In this document: in pieces, positions 37,455 to 47,501 of the stretch
Position numbering within the stretch: position 1 is the stretch's first letter
Layout: each line of letters begins with the position of its first letter
DNA from: an uncultured Rikenellaceae bacterium
GTDB lineage: Bacteria; Bacteroidota; Bacteroidia; Bacteroidales; VadinHA17
Length of the DNA: 64,000 nucleotides
Reading direction: 5' to 3'
NCBI GenBank assembly: GCA_963802145.1
Contig: CAWDHN010000010.1
Coordinates: forward strand, 844,230 to 908,229
Translations under genes and position numbers: made by a program
The notes under the pieces: model-generated
What the model saw: only the letters and a program-made list of their open reading frames with translations
What the model was told of the DNA's origin: nothing
Database searches by the model: none

Positions 37455-39191
37455 CTATCCGCCGAATCTTTTTGACATCTTCTCCGAGATCTTCTCTTTG
37501 GGATACTGCTTAGAGAAAGTGAGCCAGTACTCCTTCACATTTTGCTTCACCTCTTTCCTGAGTATCAGGATACCGATAAGGTTGGGCACTGCCATCAATA
37601 CAATGGCCACGTATGACAGTGACCAGATAATGGTAGTGTCAGTGAATGATGCGAGGAAGAATCCTGCCACGTACACCATCCTGTAATAGATTACATATTT
37701 CGGCCCGAAGAGGTAGGTCACCGCCCTGTCACCGTAATATGACCAGGAGATCGCAGTAGAGAAGGCAAACAGAAGCAGTGAGAAGGTCACTATGTAAGAG
37801 CCGTAACCTTTCAGAATGCTGCGGCTGAATGCAAACGTTGTCAGCGGCGCGCTGTGAATAAGCGATTCCCCTCTCACGGTCATGGAGGCCATGTTGGGAA
37901 GCTTTCCCGCCAGGACCTGCAACTCTCCGGAATAGGGTTCCTTGCCTGAGATGAATCTTATGTTTTCTGCCAGTGACCTGGCATGGATGACCGAGATGCC
38001 GGCGGTAGTAATCTCACCGTTCGTTATCACCAGCTTGCCGTTATAGAGATCCAGGAACTCATCTCCCCGAAGGTGTTTGCCCAGCTTTTCTACATCAGAG
38101 GCGTTACCCTCATCGTAAATGCCTGTGAGTATCTGCATGTCAGTAGTCTGAAACTGATTGTCAGTCTTGGTGTTCCATGCGCCGGAGGCAAGAACTACAA
38201 GCCCTGTGAGAGTGCAGATACAGATCGTATCAATAAATGGTTCAAGCAGCGCCACCATACCCTCGGAAACAGGCTCCGGGGCACGTGCGGCGGAGTGCGC
38301 TATAGGTGCTGATCCCTGTCCTGACTCATTGGAGAAGAGTCCCCTGTTTACACCCCTGTTCATGGCAAAGGCGAACGTGGCGCCGAGGAAGCCTCCTGCG
38401 GCCGCCGATCCGGTGAAGGCATCGGCAAAGATTGACCCAAATGAGGAAAGTATGTTCTCCGGATGCGAGAATATAACAAGGAGCGCACCGATAAGGTAGA
38501 GTATTGCCATGAAAGGTACCAGAACGGATGTGACCCTGGCGATCCTCTTTATCCCCCCGATGATAACCATCCCCAGAAGCACGGCCAGGATAGCTCCTGT
38601 AATAATGTGTTTTAACCCGAAAGTGGTAAAGACAGAGTTTGAAATACTGTTGATCTGGGGCAGGCTTCCGGTGCCGAATGAGCTGAGAATGGTGGCTCCG
38701 GCAAAAAATGCCCCGATGATTGCGCCGGTCTTTATAATCTTCCCGCCGGGGGTGGTGATGTTGAGCTTTTTCTTCATGTAGTACATCGGCCCCCCTGAAA
38801 TCGACCCGTCCGGAAGAACGTCCCTGTATTTGTGAGATAGCGAGACCTCTACCATCTTTGTGCACATCCCTATGGCTGCGGTGACCAGCATCCAGAAGAG
38901 AGCAGCAGGACCGCCAAGATGTATTGCCAGGGCAACACCTGCGATGTTACCGGTGCCTACCGTGCCTGACAGGGCTGTGGCCAGCGACTGGAAGTGAGAT
39001 GTATCTCCAACGTCATGGGAGTGGTCGTATTTGCCGCGGGTGATTCTGATTGCATGGCGGAAATACCTGATCTGCGGAAACCCGAGATAGATGGTGAAAA
39101 AGAGACCTGTGCCGATGAGCAATACCATGAACCACGGATGGCCGCCGAGATATCCGTCAAGTCTTACAAGGAAGTCATTTAAACCGTGCAT
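37455..39191 (-). CDS. alanine/glycine:cation symporter (AGCS) family transporter with ~105 aa internal soluble insertion
   Basis: 578 aa. AGCS signatures are [35 protein letters not shown] and [14 protein letters not shown]. Residues ~340-446 are hydrophilic and lie between conserved TM segments. Confidence 0.8.
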   Translation of the reverse strand: MHGLNDFLVRLDGYLGGHPWFMVLLIGTGLFFTIYLGFPQIRYFRHAIRITRGKYDHSHDVGDTSHFQSLATALSGTVGTGNIAGVALAIHLGGPAALFWMLVTAAIGMCTKMVEVSLSHKYRDVLPDGSISGGPMYYMKKKLNITTPGGKIIKTGAIIGAFFAGATILSSFGTGSLPQINSISNSVFTTFGLKHIITGAILAVLLGMVIIGGIKRIARVTSVLVPFMAILYLIGALLVIFSHPENILSSFGSIFADAFTGSAAAGGFLGATFAFAMNRGVNRGLFSNESGQGSAPIAHSAARAPEPVSEGMVALLEPFIDTICICTLTGLVVLASGAWNTKTDNQFQTTDMQILTGIYDEGNASDVEKLGKHLRGDEFLDLYNGKLVITNGEITTAGISVIHARSLAENIRFISGKEPYSGELQVLAGKLPNMASMTVRGESLIHSAPLTTFAFSRSILKGYGSYIVTFSLLLFAFSTAISWSYYGDRAVTYLFGPKYVIYYRMVYVAGFFLASFTDTTIIWSLSYVAIVLMAVPNLIGILILRKEVKQNVKEYWLTFSKQYPKEKISEKMSKRFGG

Positions 39192-39208
39192 ATCACTGAA
39201 CTTAAAGT

Positions 39209-40573
39209 TTAGAATTTAAGCAACCCCAGACCATTGAGAAATACAAGGGCAATTGCCAGTGGGGCAAGAAACCTTATGGCGAACCTGTAGAGACTGTAAT
39301 ATCTGAGGCGGAGAGTGCCTCCGTTTGAGAGCTCGTCTTTTGTTTCGCGGCCCGGGAAGAACCACCCGAGGAAGGCAACGATGAGCAATCCTCCAAGTGG
39401 CAGTAGTATATTCGCTGTTGTAAAATTGAAAAGATCAAAAATATTCAGTCCGAAGAGTTTCACACCGCTCATCAGACCCCACGAGAGTGATGCCGATATG
39501 CCAAGTATGAACATCGATGCGGTGGCAATGATGATTGCCGTGCGCCTGCTCAGGTTCAGCTGTTCGGAGAAATAGGCGACTATAACTTCGAGCACGGAGA
39601 TTGTCGATGTAAGTGCCGCTATCGCCAGCAGGAAAAAAAATGAAAATGCAAAAATCATACCCCCTGTCATCTGCTGAAAGATGCTGGGAAGAACTATAAA
39701 TGTCAGTGACTCGCCTGACGACGGTGAGATGCCGAATGCAAAGACAGCAGGGAAGATTGCAAGGCCGGCCAGAACGGCAACAAGCAGGTCGACCATTGAG
39801 ACCTGAACCGCAGTGCTCCCCAGCTTATTATCCTTCGGGATATATGAACCGTAGGTGATCAGGGTACCCATCCCGATGCTGAGGGAGAAAAATGCCTGAC
39901 CCAGAGCCATCAGTACGGTATTGCCGGTTATCTTTGAAAAGTCGGGCCGGAAGAGGAATTCCACCCCCTTGCCGGCTCCGGGGAGGGAAAGCGCCTTGAT
40001 ACACATGACGATCAGAAGTACAAACAGAAGAGGCATCATTATCTTGGTCGACTTTTCTATTCCCTTGCGAACGCCGCCCAGCACAATACCGGAAGTTGCC
40101 AGCATGAAGACGGAAAACCAGAGTGCCGGCCTGAGCGATTCGCTCCTGAACGATTCAAACATCGAGGAGAGCTCTGCGGAGCTTTTACCGACAAAACCTC
40201 CGATCAATGTCTGGTATATATATTCCAGTGTCCAGCCGGCAACGGCTGTATAGAATGCCAGGATCATGAAGGCGGCCACTATCCCCATCATCCCCACAAA
40301 ATACCATGGTTTGCGGGGGGCGAGGGTTTTAAACGCCCCAACCGGGTTTCGCTGCGACCTTCGGCCTATGACAAGTTCTGACATCATCACGGGAATGCCT
40401 ATCGAAAAGACAATGACAAGATAGATTATCAGGAAGGCACCTCCGCCGTTCTCTCCCAGTATATATGGAAACCTCCATATATTTCCCAATCCTACTGCCG
40501 ATCCGGCCGCTGCGGCTATCACACCCAGCCTGCTGCCAAACGAATCCCTTTTGGAAAAATCAAATCCGCTCAT
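39209..40573 (-). CDS. sodium-dependent transporter, NSS (SNF) family
   Basis: 454 aa with the NSS signature [10 protein letters not shown] and about 11-12 TM helices. The AGCS start lies 17 nt downstream of its stop. Confidence 0.88.
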   Translation of the reverse strand: MSGFDFSKRDSFGSRLGVIAAAAGSAVGLGNIWRFPYILGENGGGAFLIIYLVIVFSIGIPVMMSELVIGRRSQRNPVGAFKTLAPRKPWYFVGMMGIVAAFMILAFYTAVAGWTLEYIYQTLIGGFVGKSSAELSSMFESFRSESLRPALWFSVFMLATSGIVLGGVRKGIEKSTKIMMPLLFVLLIVMCIKALSLPGAGKGVEFLFRPDFSKITGNTVLMALGQAFFSLSIGMGTLITYGSYIPKDNKLGSTAVQVSMVDLLVAVLAGLAIFPAVFAFGISPSSGESLTFIVLPSIFQQMTGGMIFAFSFFFLLAIAALTSTISVLEVIVAYFSEQLNLSRRTAIIIATASMFILGISASLSWGLMSGVKLFGLNIFDLFNFTTANILLPLGGLLIVAFLGWFFPGRETKDELSNGGTLRLRYYSLYRFAIRFLAPLAIALVFLNGLGLLKF

Positions 40574-40719
40574 CTTTCAAAAAATTACCTCGTGAAATTC
40601 CTTTAAGATGCTAAAGGTGGTAAAAAACTTAAAAGCAGCAATGGAATGGTGTTAAAAAACAGAAAAGGGGTGTTTTTTCCTGCAGCGAGATTTCTGTTCC
40701 AGTGTTTCCGGCAGGCTAT

Positions 40720-40755
40720 AAAAAAGAGGCTGCCCCCTTTTTTTGGGACAGCCTC
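40720..40755 (-). terminator. rho-independent terminator downstream of hydA
   Basis: On the minus strand the sequence is gaggctgtccc-aaaaaaag-ggggcagcctc followed by TTTTTT. Confidence 0.7.
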
Positions 40756-40776
40756 ATTAATGCAGTCAACAATATT

Positions 40777-42558
40777 CTAATATGATTCGCGCTGCGTGTA
40801 ATGCGTATGCAGGAGTTCGTGCGCCTTATGCCCGTTGGGTTTCTCAAGAAACTCTTCGTAAATGGCCTTGATCTCCGGGTTCTCATGCGACTTCCTCAGG
40901 TCCATATGCATATCTTCGGAATAGATTGCCTCCATACGCTTATTCCTGATGGCAGCGTTGGTGGGTATAGGCTGGCCCCCGCCTCCGAGACATCCTCCCG
41001 GGCAGGCCATTATCTCAATGAAGTGGTATGTTGCCTTGCCGGTGCTGACAGCCTTCGCAATCTTGTTTGCGTTGACCAGGCCGTGGGCTATTGCCACCTT
41101 GAGTTCGGCTCCCTCGAGGAATCTCCACTCCTCCGTTGTACCTTCTATCTTAATAGTAGCCTCCTTCACTCCCTCCATTCCACGGACAGGCATGATATTG
41201 AGGTTCTTGAAGGGAACCGGTCTGCCGGTCACTATCTCGTACGCGGTACGGAGGGCTGCCTCCATCACGCCACCGGTGGCTCCGAAGATCACTGCGGCCC
41301 CTGTTGAGGTGCCCATGAGTGAGTCATAATGATCCTCTTCGAGAGTAAGGAAATCAATCCCCGCCTGCTTGATCATAACAGCGAGCTCGCGTGTGGTGAG
41401 AACAAAGTCGATGTCCTTGTAGCCACTTGATCTCATCTCTGGCCTGTCAGCCTCATACTTCTTTGCTGTACAGGGCATGATTGAGACAGAGACGATCTTT
41501 GAAGGGTCAATCTTGCGTTTCTCTGCGTAGAAGGTCTTGGCCAGGGCGCCGAACATCTGCTGCGGTGATTTGCAGGTTGAGAGGTTCGGAAGCATATGCG
41601 GATATTTGTGTTCAATGAACTTGATCCATCCCGGCGAGCATGAGGTGAACATAGGCAGGGCGAGGCTCTTGTCGCCTTCAACCAGTACTTTTTTCAGTCT
41701 CGTCAGCAGTTCCGTGCCTTCCTCAATAATGGTAAGGTCGGCCGTGAAGTCAGTGTCAAGCACCGAGTCGAAACCAAGCTGACGCAGGGCTGTAACCATT
41801 TTGCCGGTCACCCTTTCACCCGGGTCAAACCCCAGGTCTTCGCCGAGGGCCACCCTTACTGCAGGAGCGGTCTGAACCACAACATGCTTGTCCGGATCAT
41901 AGATGGCATCCCATACCTGGTCTATGTAGGTCTTCTCCGTCAGGGCACCCGTCGGACAGCGGTTGACGCACTGGCCGCAGTTGGTGCAGACCACATGACT
42001 CATCGGGCGGTCATGGAATGATGAAATCTTCATGTGTGAGCCCTTGTTCGCCACTGCAATTGCAGAGACGTGTTGAAGCTGGGAGCAGGTGCGCACGCAG
42101 CGCTGACACCTGATGCACTTGCTGTCGTCCTTGATGAATGACGGTGACGATCTGTCTATTGAATATGCATGATCTTCAACAAGGTCAAGGAAGATATGCT
42201 CCCCGAACGAATACTCGTTTGCCAGCGTCTGAAGCTCGCATTTCTGGTTCTTGTAGCACTTGGTGCAATCGGCCCTGTGCTCTGACAGCAGCAGTTCAAC
42301 GATATGCTTGCGCGCGTTCCTTACCCTGAGCGAGTTGGTGTGTATCTCCATTCCTTCCGATACCGGCATGGCGCATGCGGCGATGAGCGTGCGTGCACCC
42401 TTCTGTTCAACAACACATACGCGGCAGTTTCCCGCAACACACAGGTCCTGGTGATTGCACAGCGTAGGTATGATTATGCTCAGTGTCTTAGCAGCATCCA
42501 GAACGGTGGTTCCTTCAGCTACCTTTACCTCATGTTCATTTATCTTTAGAGTTACCAT
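40777..42558 (-). CDS. hydA: [FeFe] hydrogenase catalytic subunit (group A, M3-type with 2Fe-2S + His-ligated 4Fe-4S + 2x4Fe-4S N-terminal domains)
   Basis: 593 aa. H-cluster motifs are FTSCSPGW (variant of TSCCPGW), MPCTAKKYE and EIMACPGGCLGGGGQP. The N-terminal cluster motifs are CIRCQRCVRTC and CTNCGQCVNRCP. Confidence 0.9.
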   Translation of the reverse strand: MVTLKINEHEVKVAEGTTVLDAAKTLSIIIPTLCNHQDLCVAGNCRVCVVEQKGARTLIAACAMPVSEGMEIHTNSLRVRNARKHIVELLLSEHRADCTKCYKNQKCELQTLANEYSFGEHIFLDLVEDHAYSIDRSSPSFIKDDSKCIRCQRCVRTCSQLQHVSAIAVANKGSHMKISSFHDRPMSHVVCTNCGQCVNRCPTGALTEKTYIDQVWDAIYDPDKHVVVQTAPAVRVALGEDLGFDPGERVTGKMVTALRQLGFDSVLDTDFTADLTIIEEGTELLTRLKKVLVEGDKSLALPMFTSCSPGWIKFIEHKYPHMLPNLSTCKSPQQMFGALAKTFYAEKRKIDPSKIVSVSIMPCTAKKYEADRPEMRSSGYKDIDFVLTTRELAVMIKQAGIDFLTLEEDHYDSLMGTSTGAAVIFGATGGVMEAALRTAYEIVTGRPVPFKNLNIMPVRGMEGVKEATIKIEGTTEEWRFLEGAELKVAIAHGLVNANKIAKAVSTGKATYHFIEIMACPGGCLGGGGQPIPTNAAIRNKRMEAIYSEDMHMDLRKSHENPEIKAIYEEFLEKPNGHKAHELLHTHYTQRESY

Positions 42559-42575
42559 AATAGTCTATACTGGTT

Positions 42576-43736
42576 TTAATATATAATCTCTTCCCTGAAA
42601 TTCTCGACAATTGATTTGAAGGCGTTTCCCACCGACTGGCCGAGTCCGCACTTGGAGGCCACCTTCATGGTGTCAGCAAGCTTGACCAGCTCAGTCAGGT
42701 ATGTCGACTTTGCTTCGCCTTTCTTGACCTTCTCCACACCCTTGAGAAGCTGCTGGCATCCGACACGGCAAGGCGTGCACTGTCCGCATGATTCCTCGGT
42801 GAAGAACTCAAGATAGTTATGGAGTACGTTGTACATCGAGCGTGAGCTGTTGAACAGCTTCATTGAACCGCCGGTAGGCACTCCCTCAAACCCGATAATG
42901 GTTTCAGCAAATTTCTTGCGTGGAACGCAGAATCCTGATGCTCCTCCAACCTGTACTGCCTTGGCATCGCCGTCGCCGAACTCATTGACGAACTCCTGGA
43001 CGGTCATTCCCAGCTCAAGTTCAAAGATACCAGGTATGGGAGTATCTCCCGAGATGGAGAACACCTTTGATCCCCGTGAATCCTTGGTCCCAAGCTTCAC
43101 ATACATCTCCGGACCCCTGGCAATGATCATCATTGCGGTCACAAGGGTTTCGACGTTATTGATGGATGTCGGTTTTGAGAAGAGGCCACTGGTCGTCGGA
43201 TAGGGCGGTTTATTGCGGGGTTCACCACGGAAGCCCTCTATGGATTCAAAGAGTGCACTCTCCTCACCGCAGATGTAGGCTCCGCTTCCCATACGGTATT
43301 CGATGTTGAAGTCATAACCGATCTCGGCTATCATTTTATGGAACTTATGAAGCTCGAGATAAAGATGGGGAAGAAGAAACCTGTACTCGCCACGGAGATA
43401 GATAAAACCCTTCCTTGCACCCATTGCCTTGCCGGCTATGGCCATTCCGCCATAAACCTTGTATGCAGCGCGATCAAGTATCTCACGGTCCTTGAAAGTG
43501 CCGGGCTCGCCCTCATCGGCGTTACATACTATATATTTCTCCGGATCCTTCTCCGCTGCAGTGTATTTCCACTTGAGACCGGTCGGAAAACCGGCGCCCC
43601 CGCGGCCTTTAAGACCTGATTCCAGAACCTGCTGAATGATCTCATCACTGGTCATTGAGAAGGCCTTTACCAGAACCTCCCTGGAATCTATTGTTTCAAA
43701 TATAAGATCTACTTTATTTAGTCCTCTGTTTTCCAT
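42576..43736 (-). CDS. hydB: NuoF-like flavoprotein subunit of the [FeFe] hydrogenase (FMN + one 4Fe-4S), short form
   Basis: 386 aa. It has the FMN/NADH region GRGGAGFPTGLKWK and the N3-type cluster CGQCTPCR...CGLG. There are no additional Cys-cluster domains. Confidence 0.85.
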   Translation of the reverse strand: MENRGLNKVDLIFETIDSREVLVKAFSMTSDEIIQQVLESGLKGRGGAGFPTGLKWKYTAAEKDPEKYIVCNADEGEPGTFKDREILDRAAYKVYGGMAIAGKAMGARKGFIYLRGEYRFLLPHLYLELHKFHKMIAEIGYDFNIEYRMGSGAYICGEESALFESIEGFRGEPRNKPPYPTTSGLFSKPTSINNVETLVTAMMIIARGPEMYVKLGTKDSRGSKVFSISGDTPIPGIFELELGMTVQEFVNEFGDGDAKAVQVGGASGFCVPRKKFAETIIGFEGVPTGGSMKLFNSSRSMYNVLHNYLEFFTEESCGQCTPCRVGCQQLLKGVEKVKKGEAKSTYLTELVKLADTMKVASKCGLGQSVGNAFKSIVENFREEIIY

Positions 43737-43753
43737 TTTGTGCCTCCCTCTCT

Positions 43754-44218
43754 TTATTTACGCATGTAACCTTTAATAACATCAATAACCGTTTCAGTCG
43801 TCAGGTCAGTGTACGGCATGTCATTGATCAGAATGGCAGGAGCCTTATGACACCATCCTATGCAGTTCGTCTCAAGAAGGGTGAACATTTTGTCGGGAGT
43901 GGTCTCACCCACCTTTATCTTAAGTATCTCCTCTATCGTGTTAATAATGTCATTCTTTCCTTTCATTGAGCAGGTGATGGTCTTGCAAACCCTGATCACA
44001 TTCTTCCCCCTGAGCTCAGTGTCGAGGAAAGTATAAAAGGAGGCTGTCCCGTATACTTCTGCTGCCGAGATATCAAGCTCGGTAGCAACTTCCACCATTG
44101 CCTCGTCGGTCAGGTAGTTATGCTTTCTTACAATGTCCTGAAGGATCGGCATTAGGCTCTCTCTCTTGCGGCCGTACTTCTCTGCCAGCTCCTTCACCAT
44201 GTTACCAGTGTGATACAT
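43754..44218 (-). CDS. hydC: NuoE-like 2Fe-2S thioredoxin-fold subunit of the [FeFe] hydrogenase
   Basis: About 154 aa from MYHTGNMVKEL. The cluster Cys pattern is CKTITC...CIGWC. The track start at 44296 would add an implausible leader. Confidence 0.85.
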   Translation of the reverse strand: MYHTGNMVKELAEKYGRKRESLMPILQDIVRKHNYLTDEAMVEVATELDISAAEVYGTASFYTFLDTELRGKNVIRVCKTITCSMKGKNDIINTIEEILKIKVGETTPDKMFTLLETNCIGWCHKAPAILINDMPYTDLTTETVIDVIKGYMRK

Positions 44219-44279
44219 TTCTGTTTCGGTTTTAAGTGATTTGAATATTTTAATCTGGAAATTGGTGCTTCCTTTCGGC

Positions 44280-44295
44280 TGTGAAAATAATAACA
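44280..44295. promoter_or_regulatory. weak Rex-operator-like site upstream of hydC
   Basis: TGTGAAAATAATAACA has a perfect left half-site (TGTGAA) but a degenerate right half (ATAACA versus TTCACA). It lies 62 nt upstream of the proposed hydC start. Confidence 0.3.
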
Positions 44296-44386
44296 ATACT
44301 CAATCGAAAACCTTACTTATGTCATGTTTATGAATATTTCAGGTTTGAACCGGAATGACGATCGATGTGCTTAAATCTCCTGTTAA

Positions 44387-45046
44387 TCAGCTGACGGAGA
44401 ATGCCTCAAGCTGTTTTGTGAGCCAGTCAAGCCAGCTCTGCAAGCCCTCTCCCCTCACTGCAGAAACCTTAAGGATGGTGATCCCCGGATTGATTGCCGC
44501 CATGTCACCAAGAAAGGCATCAATGCTGAAATTCGTATATGGCAGCAGGTCTGTTTTGTTCAGTATGACAGCCCGTGCCTCACTGAACAGCATGGGATAT
44601 TTGGCCGGCTTGTCATCTCCCTCTGTAGTGCTGACTACCGCCAGCTTGAAGGTCTCACCCAGGTCAAACTGCGAAGGACAGATAAGGTTGCCCACATTCT
44701 CCACAAAGAGGAGGTCGAGGGAATCCAGATCAAAATGTTCAAGGGCTTTGGAGATGCTGTGAGAATCAAGATGACATCCTCCCTCCGTATTGATTGCTAC
44801 GATAGGTATATCATACTTCTTCAACCGCTGCGCGTCGCGGTCAGTGGTGACGTCACCCTCTATCACGCCTATCCTTACCTTCGGGACCAGTGCCTCGCAT
44901 GTCCGTTCCAGCAATGTCGTCTTTCCGGCGCCCGGGGAGCTGATAATGTTTACCATCATCACCTTCTTGTGATTAAGCATCTTACGCACCTCTTCAGCCT
45001 TGTTCTGGTTCCTGTCGAGGATGTTCTTCATAATCCTTATTTCCAT
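44387..45046 (-). CDS. hypB: hydrogenase nickel incorporation GTPase HypB
   Basis: 219 aa. It has the P-loop SSPGAGKTTLL, the CH motif region (GGCHLD) and ENVGNLICP. Confidence 0.92.
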   Translation of the reverse strand: MEIRIMKNILDRNQNKAEEVRKMLNHKKVMMVNIISSPGAGKTTLLERTCEALVPKVRIGVIEGDVTTDRDAQRLKKYDIPIVAINTEGGCHLDSHSISKALEHFDLDSLDLLFVENVGNLICPSQFDLGETFKLAVVSTTEGDDKPAKYPMLFSEARAVILNKTDLLPYTNFSIDAFLGDMAAINPGITILKVSAVRGEGLQSWLDWLTKQLEAFSVS

Positions 45047-45048
45047 GA

Positions 45049-45390
45049 TTATTCTCCTTCAATACTTTTTATGAATAACTCTTTTCCGTGTTTTACAATT
45101 ATCTCATCAGAACCGCATATGCCACAACCATGGATATCATCGGCAGGGGTGTATTCGGCGCCGCATCCGAGACATCGCAGCTCCGGCGGAATGATCTCAA
45201 TATCGAGTTCCGCAAAGGCTGCAGCACTGTCTCTTGCCGCTTCCCGGAAGGCAGCTTCAAAAAACTCAGGGACAACCTGCACGAACTGCCCGAAGCTGAT
45301 ATTCACCCTCTCAACGGTTGTCAGTCCTGCTTCCGCTGCATATCCGGCCACCATTGCAGCCAGTTCTTCCGCTATTCTCAGCTCGTGCAT
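45049..45390 (-). CDS. hypA: hydrogenase nickel insertion protein HypA
   Basis: 113 aa. It has the MHEL N-terminus and a zinc site formed by CLGCG...CGICG. Confidence 0.92.
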   Translation of the reverse strand: MHELRIAEELAAMVAGYAAEAGLTTVERVNISFGQFVQVVPEFFEAAFREAARDSAAAFAELDIEIIPPELRCLGCGAEYTPADDIHGCGICGSDEIIVKHGKELFIKSIEGE

Positions 45391-45400
45391 CGCAGTCTCG

Positions 45401-46408
45401 TCAGCATATTCTGGGCAGCAGCTGCCCTGAAGGCATATCCAGGAATCTCCTGCCTCCTGTTGAACTGTTAAGTATTACCCTACCCTCTCTTCCGTTCGCA
45501 ATTTCACCAATAATTGCAGTATCCCTTCCCTGAGGATCTCTGCGCATCCGGTCGACTATCCCTTCCGCCTCTTCCGGGGAAGCGACTATCAGCACCCTCC
45601 CCTCACTGGCAAGAGTGAGAGGATCAAAACCGAGTATCTCACACAAGCCTCTTACGGGCTCCCGCACAGGCACGGACGCTTCATCAACGCTCATGCTGCA
45701 GCCGGTGATGGCTGCGAGCTCGTTGAGCACCGCGGCCAGGCCACCCCTTGTAAGGTCTCTCATGAAATGTACTGCACCTGGCCTCTCTGTCACCTTTCTT
45801 ATCAGTTGGTTCAGTGAGGCACAGTCAGATGCCATGGGTGTATCGAACGAGAGGTTCCTGCGCGAGGCGAGTATAGTCACGGCATGGTCTCCCGGAGGTC
45901 CGTTGATGATCAGCCTGTCGCCTGCCTTTACAGTGGAAGCGGAGCTGATATGAAGAAGGTCATTACTGATCACTCCCACCCCTGCAGTATTGATGAATAA
46001 CCTGTCGCACTGGCCTTTCTCCACCACCTTGGTGTCGCCTGTGACTATCCGCACGCCGGCCACCACCGCCTCATCAGCCATTGAGGCCACTATCGCGTCG
46101 AGCTCATCAAACCCGAATCCCTCCTCAATAATGAATGCGGCTGACAAATATTTCGGTTCAGCTCCTGATACGGCAAGGTCATTTACTGTACCGCACACCG
46201 CCAGCTTGCCAATGTTTCCTCCAGGGAAAAAGAGCGGATCAATGACGTAGGAGTCAGTTGTAAAAGCCACCATCCCCTGATGGAGTGAGAGCAGGGCCGA
46301 ATCGGTCATGGGTCCATTCATTCCGAACCGCGCGGCAAAATGGTCACGTATGAGTGCCTGGGCCTGCCTGCCGCCGCTGCCGTGACTCAGTGTAATCTTC
46401 TCACTCAT
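45401..46408 (-). CDS. hypE: hydrogenase expression/formation protein HypE
   Basis: The protein starts at MSEKITLSHGSGG. It has a PurM-like fold length and the C-terminal PRIC motif. Confidence 0.92.
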   Translation of the reverse strand: MSEKITLSHGSGGRQAQALIRDHFAARFGMNGPMTDSALLSLHQGMVAFTTDSYVIDPLFFPGGNIGKLAVCGTVNDLAVSGAEPKYLSAAFIIEEGFGFDELDAIVASMADEAVVAGVRIVTGDTKVVEKGQCDRLFINTAGVGVISNDLLHISSASTVKAGDRLIINGPPGDHAVTILASRRNLSFDTPMASDCASLNQLIRKVTERPGAVHFMRDLTRGGLAAVLNELAAITGCSMSVDEASVPVREPVRGLCEILGFDPLTLASEGRVLIVASPEEAEGIVDRMRRDPQGRDTAIIGEIANGREGRVILNSSTGGRRFLDMPSGQLLPRIC

Positions 46409-47501
46409 GATGGTGGTACTTAAAATATGTATTGCACGATCCCTCATCGGATACCATGCATGCACCCTCAGGATGGTCGGGGGTGCATGCCTCTGCGAAG
46501 AGGGTGCAGTCAGGGGGTGTGCTCACACCCCTCAGAATGTCTCCGCAGATACATGCATTTGCATGGGAGGCCTCAGGTAGGTCCACAGCAAAGGCAGCGG
46601 CGGCATCAAACCGCATGTAACGTTCACGGATCTGCAAGCCACCCGATGCAATGACGCCGAGACCACGCCAATCAACATCGCAAGGCTCAAAAACTTCATT
46701 CATGAACCCCTTTGCCCTGGCGTTGCCTTCAACTGACACTGCCCTGCTGTATTGTATCTCTACGCCTGGCGAACGGCTGTTAACCTGCCTGACGAGCATC
46801 AGCACCGACGAAAGGATGTCTGTGGGCTCAAACCCTGTCACCACGCATGCCAGCCCGTACCTGGCCGGGATGAAATCAAAGGCTGACGAGCCGGTAATGA
46901 CGGCCACATGCCCAGGACAGATAAACCCGTCTATTTTAGTCCCCTCCCTTAATATCACCTCCATGGCCGGCGGCATCACCTTGTGGGCGTTCAGCACATA
47001 AAAATTGTCGACTCCTTCGCTCTCAGCCTTCATCAGCGTCACTGCCGTACCGGGTGCGGTGGTCTCAAATCCTATTGCCGAAAAGACTGTCTTCCGGTGA
47101 GGATTTGACCGGGCCAGTTCCAGGGCCTCATGTGCCGACAGCACTACCCTGATATCCGCGCCGGCGGCCTTCGCAGCACCGGGTGAGAGAAGGGTGCCGG
47201 GCACCCTCATCAGGTCACCGAAGAGAGCCACCGTCATGTTCTCACGTTGAGCGAGCGCAACCAGGGTATCGATGTACCGGGCCGAGGTGACGCAGACAGG
47301 ACAGCCCGGGCCGGAAATGAGCCTGATCTCCGGAGGCAGCAGCGAGGGTATTCCAAACCTGTGAATGGCTGCCGTGTGACCTCCGCAGACCTCCATGAAG
47401 GTATAGTCACCTGACGATGACTGCCTGATCATATCGGCCAGCCTGGTTATATGCCTCTTCTGCCTGTATTCGTCAACGTATTTCATGACCGGGTCATTCA
47501 C
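46401..47501 (-). CDS. hypD: hydrogenase formation protein HypD
   Basis: 366 aa with the motifs CGGHT, GPGCPVCV and GFETTAP. Confidence 0.92.
   Translation of the reverse strand: MNDPVMKYVDEYRQKRHITRLADMIRQSSSGDYTFMEVCGGHTAAIHRFGIPSLLPPEIRLISGPGCPVCVTSARYIDTLVALAQRENMTVALFGDLMRVPGTLLSPGAAKAAGADIRVVLSAHEALELARSNPHRKTVFSAIGFETTAPGTAVTLMKAESEGVDNFYVLNAHKVMPPAMEVILREGTKIDGFICPGHVAVITGSSAFDFIPARYGLACVVTGFEPTDILSSVLMLVRQVNSRSPGVEIQYSRAVSVEGNARAKGFMNEVFEPCDVDWRGLGVIASGGLQIRERYMRFDAAAAFAVDLPEASHANACICGDILRGVSTPPDCTLFAEACTPDHPEGACMVSDEGSCNTYFKYHHHE

Noticed and set aside
44735-45430. 231-aa plus-strand ORF spanning hypB/hypA, and similar long antisense ORFs at 55665-56381, 57711-58253, 34256-34939 and 38326-38865
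   Set aside because: All lie opposite genes with clear family motifs. None has its own motifs, and several cross gene boundaries of the real genes.
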